In this document: positions 9,341-18,030 of the stretch, piece by piece | Layout of the letters: each line of letters opens with the position of its first letter | Numbering within the stretch: position 1 is the first letter of the stretch | Notes under the pieces: generated by a model | What the model was told of the DNA's origin: nothing | Seen by the model: the letters and a program-made list of their open reading frames with translations, nothing else | Database searches by the model: none | Made by a program: the position numbers and the translations under genes | Assembly: GCA_965249315.1 (NCBI GenBank) | Contig: OZ252225.1 | Coordinates: 143,141 to 207,140, forward strand | Direction: 5' to 3' | DNA from: Dehalococcoidia bacterium | Lineage (GTDB): Bacteria; Chloroflexota; Dehalococcoidia; Lucifugimonadales; UBA1127 | Length of the DNA: 64,000 bases

Positions 9341-11245
9341 ATGAAAAGAGCGTGGAGAAAGAAGGCACTCCTGGGCATCTTAGCCGTTGCGATCGTGGCG
9401 ATTGCGGCATGCGGCGGAGATGACGAGGAGGAGGCGACGAGCGCCGCGACCACGGACACGAGCGGCACGACCACCACCGCCGCCGCCGAGACGACCACTA
9501 CTACGACCACGACCACGACCGAGGCAGCATCGACGACGGAGGAGAGTTCGACGACCGAGACGACGGCCAAGCCGGCGACGGCAGCCACGGGGCTGGCCAG
9601 TCGGGAGGCCCAGACTGCGACTGCGCCGGTCAGCGAGCACGCCAACGCGGTCATCACCGTGGAAGGCGAGGCCAGTTTCGGCGGGACCATCAACCGCGCG
9701 GCCTTCGGCGGCTGGAGCATCCTGGACCCGTACGTGAAAGAGCACAACGGGGCAATGAACGTGATCTACATGGAGGCCTACTACGAGCCTCTGCTCCAGT
9801 ACGATGCGCCGTTCGACCCAGCAAAGGGCGTCGTCTACACGCCGAACCTGGCCAAGTCCTGGGAGTTCAGCGGCGACGGAAGCAAGCTGACGGTCAGATT
9901 GCGCGAGGGGATCGAATGGCACGACGGCGAGCCCTTCACCAGCGCAGACGTGAAGGCCACATGGGACCGGCTGATCGCACCGGACTTCGACCCATCGCCG
10001 CAGGCAGCCGCATCCTTCCGGGAGATCCTGAAGGGCGTGGAGATCGTGGACGAGCACACCCTCGTGCTAGATTTCGGCAGCTCGTCCTACATAGCCCTGT
10101 CCTATCTCGCCAACCCGATGATCGTCATAACGCCCGCACACATCCTGGAGAGCAAAGGCAACCTGTTCGACTTCCCCGCCGTGGGTACCGGGCCTTTCAT
10201 CCAGAAGTGGGCGGACCAGACGCAAGGGATGGGGTTTGAGAAGAACCCGAACTACTGGGGCACGGACCAGGAGGGACGGCAACTCCCCTACACGGACGCA
10301 ATGGAGTTCCCGGCCGTCCCGCAGCAGGCAACGCGTCTGGCCCTCCTCAGGGCCGGCAACGTGGACTTCTGGGAGGTGTTCCCAACCATCGGACCGACGG
10401 AAGCCAAGAGTCTGAAGGACCAGATGGGCGACGACATCAACATCCTGAACGTTGCCTCGGGCCTGTGGACCAGTGCCGTGATGAACACGGCCAAGCCCCC
10501 GTTCGACAATGTTCTCGTTCGGCAGGCCGTGGCGTACGCACTGGACCGGACGGCCATCGCGGCGAAGGCCAGCGGCTCGGTGGAGGAGGGCGGCGGCATT
10601 CCCGGCTACTACCTCGACCCCCGTGACTTCCCCGACTTCGTGCTGAGCCCTTCGGAGATGCAGAATATGCCGGGGCTCAACCCAGCCAACCGCGCCGCGG
10701 ACTTGGCGCGGGCAAAGCAGCTGCTGGCCCAAGCCGGATACACCGACGGGATCACCATCGACGACGGCTGGATCACCTACGGCAGCCAGGAGATCAACAA
10801 CAACGAGGCAACCCTGGCGAGCAGTATGCTGGAGGAGATCGGCATTAGCGTGGAGTTCAGCCCACTGGAAGGGGCCCTCATGGGCGCCCGGCGCCGGGAA
10901 GGTGAGTTCCACATCAGCTCCAGCACCAACGCGACGATACTGGCAGACCCGCTGGGCGCGTTTCTGCACCACACGAGCAGCGGCCAGTTCGAACCGTCGA
11001 CTCGATGGAGCAACGCGACCTTCGATGACATGTGGCTGAAGGCCAGCCGCACCATCGATACGCAGGCGCGCAAGGCGATTGTCCAGGACATACAGCGGTA
11101 CCTCTTGATGGAGGACGCCGCCGCAATCGCCGTCCAGTGGCTCACCAACAACGCGCCGGTCTGGTGGTACGTGAAGAACTACTATCCCGGGCCGACGATC
11201 TACGGCAGCCACCACCTGCGACACGTCTGGTTGGAGCCTCACTAG
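9341..11245 (+). CDS. ABC transporter substrate-binding lipoprotein, family 5 (Opp/Dpp/Nik type), SBP1
   Basis: Start set at ATG 9341, preceded by AAAGGAGGAG. Signal peptide plus lipobox IAACGGDDEEE, then a Thr-rich linker. The body has family-5 SBP features. The ORF's upstream extension to 9122 is rejected. Confidence 0.9.
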   Translation: MKRAWRKKALLGILAVAIVAIAACGGDDEEEATSAATTDTSGTTTTAAAETTTTTTTTTTEAASTTEESSTTETTAKPATAATGLASREAQTATAPVSEHANAVITVEGEASFGGTINRAAFGGWSILDPYVKEHNGAMNVIYMEAYYEPLLQYDAPFDPAKGVVYTPNLAKSWEFSGDGSKLTVRLREGIEWHDGEPFTSADVKATWDRLIAPDFDPSPQAAASFREILKGVEIVDEHTLVLDFGSSSYIALSYLANPMIVITPAHILESKGNLFDFPAVGTGPFIQKWADQTQGMGFEKNPNYWGTDQEGRQLPYTDAMEFPAVPQQATRLALLRAGNVDFWEVFPTIGPTEAKSLKDQMGDDINILNVASGLWTSAVMNTAKPPFDNVLVRQAVAYALDRTAIAAKASGSVEEGGGIPGYYLDPRDFPDFVLSPSEMQNMPGLNPANRAADLARAKQLLAQAGYTDGITIDDGWITYGSQEINNNEATLASSMLEEIGISVEFSPLEGALMGARRREGEFHISSSTNATILADPLGAFLHHTSSGQFEPSTRWSNATFDDMWLKASRTIDTQARKAIVQDIQRYLLMEDAAAIAVQWLTNNAPVWWYVKNYYPGPTIYGSHHLRHVWLEPH

Positions 11246-11329
11246 GCGCTGACGTCCTGAACTCGGAGCGTCCCAATCCCTCCGGGGCGGGCAAGCCCTC
11301 GTGAGGGAGGCCAGGAGACGAGTAGCAGT

Positions 11330-11362
11330 CCCAGGCCTGCGTCGAAAAGGCGCAGGCCTGGG
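11330..11362 (+). promoter_or_regulatory. intercistronic stem-loop between the SBP1 and permease genes
   Basis: Perfect 12-bp stem CCCAGGCCTGCG/CGCAGGCCTGGG with a 9-nt loop and no U-tract. Confidence 0.55.
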
Positions 11363-11390
11363 CTGTCCCTTGGATAGTGGAGTGTAGACC

Positions 11391-12356
11391 ATGCGAGCCT
11401 ATGTCATTCGCAGGCTCCTACAGCTTCCCCTGACGATTCTCATTGCCTCCGTGGTCATGTTCATGATCCTGCGCCTGATCCCCGGAGACATGGTTACGGT
11501 TCTCTACTCCGAATTCGGTCTGGGCACGGCCGGGGCCCTGGCCCGTCAGCAGGAGATGCAGCTCCGCACGGAGCTGGGTCTGGACCGCCCCATCCACGAG
11601 CAGTACTACGAGTGGCTGCGTCACCTCCTCACCGGCGACTTCGGCGACTCCTTTTGGCTCAACCGGCCGGCCATAGAGGTCCTACAGCAGCGGATCGCGC
11701 CGACGATGGAGATCATGCTGTTCGGCATGGCGGTGGGCACAACAATCGGGGTGGGTGTGGGCATTCTCGCGGCCGTGCGCCAGGACACGTGGCTCGACTA
11801 TTTCGCGCGCTCTGCAGTCGTCGCGGGGCTGAGCATGCCCTCCTTCGTCTCCGGCGTCCTCCTCCTCATCATCCTGGCCTATGGATTCAACTGGCTGCCC
11901 TCGGCGCGCTATCTGAGCTTGACACAAGACCCGGTGGAACACCTGAAGATCATCATCTGGCCCTCCCTCCTCGTCGGGTTCCACATGGCGGCGGGAGTGG
12001 CGCGCCTGACCAGGACTCAGATGCTGGAGGTCATCCGGGAGGACTACATCCGCACGGCGTGGGCGAAGGGGCTGCCGGAGCGGCTGGTCATCTTCCGGCA
12101 CACGCTCCGCAACGCGCTGCTGCCCGTGCTCACGCTTCTGGGGCTGTACGTTGCGAACCTCATCAGCGGCGCTGTAGTGCTGGAGTCCCTGTTCAACGTT
12201 CCAGGCATGGGCAGCGGCCTGCTGCGCTCCACGCAGCTGCGGGACTACACCGTGCTCCAGCTCTTTGTGATTGTGATGCTGTTCTACGTTCTGATTGTGA
12301 ACCTTTTGGTAGACCTGATGTATGCGTGGGTGGACCCACGCATCCGGCTCCAATAG
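11391..12356 (+). CDS. ABC transporter permease (DppB/OppB-like)
   Basis: 321 aa, multi-TM. N-terminal YVIRRLLQ..P and the EAA-loop region EDYIRTAWAKGL. Confidence 0.9.
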   Translation: MRAYVIRRLLQLPLTILIASVVMFMILRLIPGDMVTVLYSEFGLGTAGALARQQEMQLRTELGLDRPIHEQYYEWLRHLLTGDFGDSFWLNRPAIEVLQQRIAPTMEIMLFGMAVGTTIGVGVGILAAVRQDTWLDYFARSAVVAGLSMPSFVSGVLLLIILAYGFNWLPSARYLSLTQDPVEHLKIIIWPSLLVGFHMAAGVARLTRTQMLEVIREDYIRTAWAKGLPERLVIFRHTLRNALLPVLTLLGLYVANLISGAVVLESLFNVPGMGSGLLRSTQLRDYTVLQLFVIVMLFYVLIVNLLVDLMYAWVDPRIRLQ

Positions 12357-12374
12357 GTCGGAGACGAGGAGACG

Positions 12375-13274
12375 ATGCAGAGGGACCAGACCCAGGACAG
12401 TGCGTTCGACGCCGGAAGGATCATACGCAAGAGGTCCCCTGTGCTGCAGAGCATTCTGCGGTTCGCAGGGGACAAGCCTCTTGGCGCGCTAGGAGCCTTG
12501 GTACTGCTGTTCCTGGTCTTCCTTGCCGCGACGGCGGACATCATCTCGCCCTTTGACCCCAAGGACACGACGTCCCAGAACTTCCTGGAACCCAACGGCA
12601 CCAACCTGTTCGGGACCGACAACCTGGGGCGGGATATTCTGACCCTCACGATTCACGGGAGCCGAATCTCCCTGTTCGTCGGCTTCACCAGCGTCCTCAT
12701 TGGCGTGACGGCGGCGCTGGTGCTGGCCCTGGTCACGGGCTACTTCGGCGGGTGGAGCGACAGCCTAACCCAGCGCATTGGGGATACCCTGATGGCGTTC
12801 CCCGGCCTCATCCTCGCGCTGTTCTTGGTCTCGGTGCTGGAGCCATCGCACCGGACCGTGGTCGTCGCCGTGGCCATCATCTTCCTGGCGCCCTCGGTCC
12901 GCACGATCCGGTCGCAGGTTCTGGCGATCAAGAGCACGACGTACATCGAGGCGGCCAGGGCCGTGGGCTGCTCGTCGATGCGCATTATTGGGCTGCACAT
13001 CTTTCCCAACATCCTAGCTCTGTACGTGGTGGTGGCCAGCCTGAACCTGGGCGCCGCCATCATTATCGAGGCGTCGCTGAGCTTCCTGGGCCTGGGCCCG
13101 GCCTCGCAGTCGTGGGGAAAGATGGTGAGCGATGGGAGCAGACACCTGTTCTTGGAGGGGCCGTGGTGGTCTCTCTTCCCTTCACTGGCCCTGGCCATCA
13201 CGGTCTACAGCTTCAACATGCTGGGCGATGCGCTGCGGGACGTCTGGGACCCGAGGCTACGGGGGTCTCGCTGA
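12375..13274 (+). CDS. ABC transporter permease (DppC/OppC-like)
   Basis: 299 aa. LFGTDNLGRD motif and TYIEAARAVGCS EAA loop. No ATPase gene follows. Confidence 0.9.
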   Translation: MQRDQTQDSAFDAGRIIRKRSPVLQSILRFAGDKPLGALGALVLLFLVFLAATADIISPFDPKDTTSQNFLEPNGTNLFGTDNLGRDILTLTIHGSRISLFVGFTSVLIGVTAALVLALVTGYFGGWSDSLTQRIGDTLMAFPGLILALFLVSVLEPSHRTVVVAVAIIFLAPSVRTIRSQVLAIKSTTYIEAARAVGCSSMRIIGLHIFPNILALYVVVASLNLGAAIIIEASLSFLGLGPASQSWGKMVSDGSRHLFLEGPWWSLFPSLALAITVYSFNMLGDALRDVWDPRLRGSR

Positions 13275-13301
13275 GGCGATAGCGGGGTCTTGTCTCGGCT
13301 G

Positions 13302-13400
13302 TTGACTGGGCCCGCCCGCCCCCGGAAGTTGTTTGTACACATCCCCCCCGGCCCCTTGCCAGGGGTTCCCCCCTCTGGACTCCCCCGACGGGTTCCTCCT
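13302..13400 (+). repeat. TTGACTGGGCCCGCCCGCCC box repeat, copy C
   Basis: ttgactgggcccgcccgccc at 13302..13321, then cacatccccccc and cccctctggactcc as in copy B. Starts 28 nt after the permease stop. Confidence 0.6.
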
Positions 13401-13494
13401 TCCCGTCGATTCTTTTAGGGGCTTGAGGCCGCCAGTGCCTCGCATGCAGACATTGCGTTGACATAATGCTCACACGTGTTTAAGCCTTAGTTTG

Positions 13495-13531
13495 CCCTCA
13501 CCCCAAAGCCTCCCAGAGAGAGGGGTGGGGG
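13495..13531 (+). repeat. CCCTCACC...GAGAGGGG repeat, copy 4
   Basis: ccctcaccccaaagcctcccagagagaggggtgggggg. Confidence 0.5.
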
Positions 13532-13545
13532 GCGGTCGGAAAAGG

Positions 13546-13580
13546 GAAGCGCCCCCGGATGTGAGCTCCGGGGGCGCTTC
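13546..13580 (-). terminator. intrinsic terminator at the end of the long minus-strand transporter/amidohydrolase array
   Basis: Perfect 14-bp stem GAAGCGCCCCCGGA/TCCGGGGGCGCTTC with a 7-nt loop. The minus-sense RNA continues CCUUUUCC. Lies 24 nt past the stop of the 13604..14728 gene. Confidence 0.7.
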
Positions 13581-13603
13581 GTGTTGGCAGACGTGGTCGC
13601 TAG

Positions 13604-14728
13604 CTAGTTCAGCCGCATGCCGTAGAGCTGCATGACGTTGTCACGGGTGATCTTCTGCTTGACCGAGTCCGGGATGCCGGCAAAGTTCTCGTCGACGATC
13701 TTGTGGGACTCGGGGTAGGTGGACATGGTGTGCGGATAGTCGCTTGCCCACGCGAAGTTGTCTTCGCCGTAGTAGTCGTGTGCCTTGAGGGCTACGGGGT
13801 CGTCCATGAAGGTGGCGTAGACCTGGCGCTTGGCGTACTGGCTGGGGGCTTCCTTCAGGGTGGTGGGGTTCGTGTGCATGTGGATGGTGTAGAAGTGGTC
13901 GGCTCGGTAGAGGAAGTGGGGGACCCAACTGACGTCGTTCTCGGCGGAGACCAGCTTGAAGTTAGGATGCCGCTCCAGCACGCCCGAGAAGATGATCTCC
14001 GTGAAGGAGCGCTGGATCTCGTGTGTGATGCACACGGCCCGCAGGTAGTGGTTCTTGAACTTCCCGGCGCCCGTGCTTTCACCGGAATGACCAGCGTTGA
14101 TGTGGAGGCTGACGGGCATGTTGAGCTCCGCCGAGGCCGCCCAGAACGGCTCGTACATGGGGTCGGCATAGCCCTCGTCCCCCGGTGGCGAGGCCATGAT
14201 CATCGAGCCCCGCAGGCCCAGGGCAGCGGTGCGACGGAGTTCCTCGACCCCCGCCTCCACGTCCAGCAGCGGGATGAGGGCCAGGCCAATGAGCCGGTCG
14301 GGATCGTAGCTGCAGAACTCGGCCAGCCAGGTGTTGTAGGCCTGGAAGAGGGCCAGCTGGAAGGGAGCATCCGTCATGCGGAAGAAGCTCGCTCCCTGGG
14401 TGGTATAGATGACCTCCGCCTCCACGCCGTCCCGCTCGAGCTCCACCATCCGGGCGCTGGGCTCGTAGGCGGCGGGCGGGCATTCGTCGAAGGTGGCGTT
14501 CTGCATGATGCGGACCAACTCCTCCGGTGTCGCGCCCGCGAGGAAGCCCGTGCCTCCCAGCTTCCGCGGCGGGGAACCGGACATGACGAAGTACTCGCCC
14601 TGCAGGCCCGGCGGGTCCTTCACGAGGCGGGGCGCGCGCTCCTTGAACGCGGAGTCGATGTAGTCCATCCACATGTTCGGTGGCTCGAAGACGTGGGAAT
14701 CTGCAGAGATCAGCTTGTAGTCAGCCAT
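13604..14728 (-). CDS. amidohydrolase_2 family protein, paralog A3
   Basis: Start set at ATG 14728 (MADYKLISADSHVFEP), preceded by GGAGGAGGAGGA. C-terminal WASDYPH motif. Confidence 0.85.
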   Translation of the reverse strand: MADYKLISADSHVFEPPNMWMDYIDSAFKERAPRLVKDPPGLQGEYFVMSGSPPRKLGGTGFLAGATPEELVRIMQNATFDECPPAAYEPSARMVELERDGVEAEVIYTTQGASFFRMTDAPFQLALFQAYNTWLAEFCSYDPDRLIGLALIPLLDVEAGVEELRRTAALGLRGSMIMASPPGDEGYADPMYEPFWAASAELNMPVSLHINAGHSGESTGAGKFKNHYLRAVCITHEIQRSFTEIIFSGVLERHPNFKLVSAENDVSWVPHFLYRADHFYTIHMHTNPTTLKEAPSQYAKRQVYATFMDDPVALKAHDYYGEDNFAWASDYPHTMSTYPESHKIVDENFAGIPDSVKQKITRDNVMQLYGMRLN

Positions 14729-14780
14729 TCCTCCTCCTCCTTGCGCACGCTTGGCGCTGGGGCAGACCTGCCCGCGCGCT

Positions 14781-15914
14781 CTATGCCAGGGGGTTCCCTG
14801 CAACGAGGCGCTTGCCGTATGCCTTGACCGAGTTGTCCCAGAGGATCTTGCGCTTGCTATCCTCCGGGATGGGTTGTGCCATCATCCGCTTCAGGGGCTC
14901 GGCGGCCCCGAGAGCGTCCGGGTGGGGGTAGTCGGTGTTGAAGACGATGGTGTCGTCGCCCAGGTAGTCCACAACGTACTTCACCGTGGGCTCGTCGGCG
15001 TCTGCAGCCACGGCACACTGGCGTAGGAAGTACTCCTGGGCCGTGAGCTGCGGACGCTGCGCGTCGAAGAAGACGGCCTTGCGTCCGTGGCCGTACTCCT
15101 CCAGGCGATCAAGCCAGAAGGGCACCCACCCCGCTTTCGACTCCAGCAGGAGCAGTCTGAGCTGCGGGAAGCGGTCCAGCAGGCCCGAGTAGATGAAGTG
15201 GGCGAGGCTGGTCATGTTCTCGAAGGGGAAGCCCATGGCCTCTTCCATAGCGACGAAGAAGTGGAGTCCGCCATGGTAGCGGGCGTTGACCAAGGGCTGG
15301 CCGCTGGAACATCCCTCCCCGTGGACGGAGAGGGGGATGTCCAAGTCCTGGACGGTGGCCCACATGGTTTCGTAGTCGGCGTGGTGCCACATCTTCTCCG
15401 GGTCGGCCTGGGGGAGCATGATGGAGACGGCGCCCAGAGTGTCGACTGCCCGGCGGGTCTCGGTGACCATTGCTGTGATGTCGTTCCGGGGCACCTGTGC
15501 CGTGTACTTGAGGCGGCCGGAAGCGTCGCTGCAGAAGTCGTGGGCCCAGTTGTTGTACGCCCGGGCCATGGCGGAGGCGAAACCGATGTCCTTGTCGCCG
15601 ATGCCGCGGCCGCCGCTGGTGGGGAGGCAGACCTGGACGTCCCAACCCTCGCGGTCCATGTCTCGCAGGCGGCTCTCCAGGGTCCAACCCTCGCGCCAAG
15701 AGTCGCCGAACTTCTCTTCCATCAGCGACCACAAGGCCTGGGAGTTGAACGCGGTGTGCTGGGGCGTGCTCTCGTACGAGAGGATGGAGTTGCCAAGGCG
15801 TCCGGTCACGATGGGGCGACGATCGTAGTAGGCAGGCTCGACGTACTTGTCCCAGATGTCCTCGGGCTCGTAGAAGTGGGCATCTGCGTCAATGACTCGA
15901 AGTCCGTTCTTCAT
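14781..15914 (-). CDS. amidohydrolase_2 family protein, paralog A4 (closest to A1)
   Basis: MKNGLRVIDADAHFYEPEDIWDKY parallels A1. C-terminal FNTDYPHPD. GGAGGAGG lies upstream. Confidence 0.85.
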   Translation of the reverse strand: MKNGLRVIDADAHFYEPEDIWDKYVEPAYYDRRPIVTGRLGNSILSYESTPQHTAFNSQALWSLMEEKFGDSWREGWTLESRLRDMDREGWDVQVCLPTSGGRGIGDKDIGFASAMARAYNNWAHDFCSDASGRLKYTAQVPRNDITAMVTETRRAVDTLGAVSIMLPQADPEKMWHHADYETMWATVQDLDIPLSVHGEGCSSGQPLVNARYHGGLHFFVAMEEAMGFPFENMTSLAHFIYSGLLDRFPQLRLLLLESKAGWVPFWLDRLEEYGHGRKAVFFDAQRPQLTAQEYFLRQCAVAADADEPTVKYVVDYLGDDTIVFNTDYPHPDALGAAEPLKRMMAQPIPEDSKRKILWDNSVKAYGKRLVAGNPLA

Positions 15915-15946
15915 CCGCCTCCTCCTGGGTCCGCGGGGTTGGGGCC

Positions 15947-15975
15947 ATTCTTGCGCAGGGTGGCTGTGATGTCAA
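15947..15975 (-). promoter_or_regulatory. internal promoter candidate ahead of the A4-A3 amidohydrolase pair
   Basis: Minus strand reads TTGACA (15975..15970), 17-nt spacer, AAGAAT (15952..15947). Confidence 0.35.
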
Positions 15976-16018
15976 TGAGAAAAGCGTGGAGGGCCCAAAC
16001 GAGGAGGGATAGGTCACT

Positions 16019-16921
16019 CTAGAGCTTGCCTCTGAGCTTGGGATCAAGGGCGTCCCGAAGGCCATCACCAATAAGGTTGATTGCCAGGACGGTGAGGCTC
16101 AGGAAGAGGCCGGGGAAGAAGATAACCCAAGCAGCAATCTTTGCTACACGCCTGCCGTCCCCCATGATGTTGCCCCACGTTGCGATTTCCGGAGGTACTC
16201 CCGTACCCAGGAATGACAGGCCTGCTTCAATCAAGATGGCAACGGCAAAAACGAAAGTGGCTTGGACCATGATGGGAGCAAAGCAATTCGGCAGGATGTG
16301 ATAGAACATGATGCGTAGTGACCGGGCCCCAAGCGCACGAGCGGCTATGACGTAGTCAACGCTTCGGAGGGTGAGGACCGATGCCCGCGCCACTCGAGCC
16401 GTACGGGGCGTATCGACCACTGTAATCGCGATAATCACGGTCTCCATTCCCGGGCTCATGGTCGCAACCAGGGCAATGGCCAGCAAGAACGAAGGGAACG
16501 ACATGAGTGCATCCATGATGCGCATGATTATGGCATCGGCGACGTGAAAGTACCCGGACAGCGCACCCAAGAGGATGCCTGCGATGGAGGTGAATACAGC
16601 TACCGAAGCTCCGACCAGAAGAGAGATGCGTGCTCCATATACAACCCGCGTATAGACGTCTCTTCCCAGATGGTCTGTACCGAACCAGTGGGTACCTGAG
16701 GGCTCCTCCAGGCGATCTATGACATTGAGCCTGATGGGGTCGTAGGTGGTAATGAGCGGCGCGATCAGGGCCATGAGACTCATCAGCACGATTATGACGA
16801 GCCCCAACAGCATGTTGGGATTGCGCTGCAACGCTCGAGCAGCGGCTCGCACTCCCCTCGTCACGCCGCTACCGAGTCCGGCAAGGCCCAGTACGTCGAG
16901 TTCTTCCAGCGCCTCTCTCAT
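16019..16921 (-). CDS. ABC transporter permease (DppC/OppC-like), locus 2
   Basis: 300 aa. WFGTDHLGRDVYTRVVYGAR motif. 4-nt overlap with the upstream permease. C-terminus DPKLRGKL is identical to the locus 3 paralog. Confidence 0.9.
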   Translation of the reverse strand: MREALEELDVLGLAGLGSGVTRGVRAAARALQRNPNMLLGLVIIVLMSLMALIAPLITTYDPIRLNVIDRLEEPSGTHWFGTDHLGRDVYTRVVYGARISLLVGASVAVFTSIAGILLGALSGYFHVADAIIMRIMDALMSFPSFLLAIALVATMSPGMETVIIAITVVDTPRTARVARASVLTLRSVDYVIAARALGARSLRIMFYHILPNCFAPIMVQATFVFAVAILIEAGLSFLGTGVPPEIATWGNIMGDGRRVAKIAAWVIFFPGLFLSLTVLAINLIGDGLRDALDPKLRGKL

Positions 16922-17874
16922 CCGTATCGAATCCGGGGATCAAGGTAGGCGTACAGGATGTCGGTGGCGAGGTTAATGAATACAAAAGTAGTAGCTGTGA
17001 CTAGAATCAGACCCTGAATGACTGGGTAGTCACGCTTCAGGATGGCTTCGACCAAGGCTCGTCCCATGCCGGGTATCGCGAAGACCACTTCAATAATAAC
17101 AATGCCGCTGATGATCGTGGCCAGTCCCAGACCTATGATCGTCACAATGGGGATAGAGGCGTTTTTCAGTGCGTGCCGCAGCAGGACAAGCCGCTCTGAG
17201 AGGCCCTTGGCCCGAGCCGTACGGATATAGTCTTCTCTCATCACTTCCAACATGGTTGCTCGGGTAATTCGAGCGGTCAGGGCGGCACTGGTGAGACCGA
17301 TAGTAACGACCGGAAGGACAAGGTGTCGGGCCCAATCTCCAACTCCTTCCGAAAAGGGGGAATAGCCCACCGCCGGCAGCCAGCCGAGATTGACGGCAAA
17401 CAGGAAGATCAGGTTGTATGCCAGCCAGTATGCAGGAACCGAAAAGCCCAACACCACGTACATCATAATGCCGCGGTCCCATATGGAGTTGGCTTTCCAT
17501 GCGGCAAGGATTCCGAGAGGAATCGCAACGCCAAGAGCTACGATCTTGGACGCCACCCCAAGCACAAATGTTGCTTCGAACCGTTGGGCAAACAGGTCCG
17601 TAACAGGCTGACCTGTGAAAATCGAGGTGCCCAGGTCTCCACGAACTGAACTCCACAAGAACTTGACGTACTGCTCGTGCAGCGGCCTATCGAGGCCGAG
17701 ATGGGCCCGCAACTCCTCTATGTCCTCGATCATGATCCAGTCCGACTCGGATTCTCCGAGCAGCAGATAGGCAGGGTCGCCGGGCGTGAGGTGCAGGAGG
17801 AGGAAGATGAACGTCGCCACAAAGAAGAGGACCGGGATAGCTGCGAGCGTGCGCCGGAGGATATAGCCCCTCAT
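16918..17874 (-). CDS. ABC transporter permease (DppB/OppB-like), locus 2
   Basis: 318 aa. MRGYILRRTL N-terminus and EDYIRTARAKGL EAA loop. Confidence 0.9.
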   Translation of the reverse strand: MRGYILRRTLAAIPVLFFVATFIFLLLHLTPGDPAYLLLGESESDWIMIEDIEELRAHLGLDRPLHEQYVKFLWSSVRGDLGTSIFTGQPVTDLFAQRFEATFVLGVASKIVALGVAIPLGILAAWKANSIWDRGIMMYVVLGFSVPAYWLAYNLIFLFAVNLGWLPAVGYSPFSEGVGDWARHLVLPVVTIGLTSAALTARITRATMLEVMREDYIRTARAKGLSERLVLLRHALKNASIPIVTIIGLGLATIISGIVIIEVVFAIPGMGRALVEAILKRDYPVIQGLILVTATTFVFINLATDILYAYLDPRIRYG

Positions 17875-18030
17875 GGCCCTGGCACCTTAAGCCGCGTCCA
17901 ACTCAAACTCACTTCTCGCGCGTGGACAGCTTACCCATGCAGAAGGCAGGTGCCGGGGCCATCCCCAGAGCAAGCGCATCAGGAACGCCCTCCCTTGGGA
18001 CAGCCTTCCGGCACCAGTGGCCGTCTCTAC

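Noticed and set aside
9470-9560. Run of ACC/ACG/ACT codons (poly-Thr linker TTTTTTTTTT) in SBP1 as a possible phase-variable microsatellite.
   Set aside because: The codons are mixed rather than a pure tandem repeat. SBP2, SBP3 and the protease have analogous Ala/Pro/Thr linkers after the lipobox, so this is an ordinary low-complexity linker.
10067-11392. 441-aa minus-strand ORF opposite SBP1.
   Set aside because: Antisense to a well-supported lipoprotein SBP gene, with no motif. High-GC artefact.
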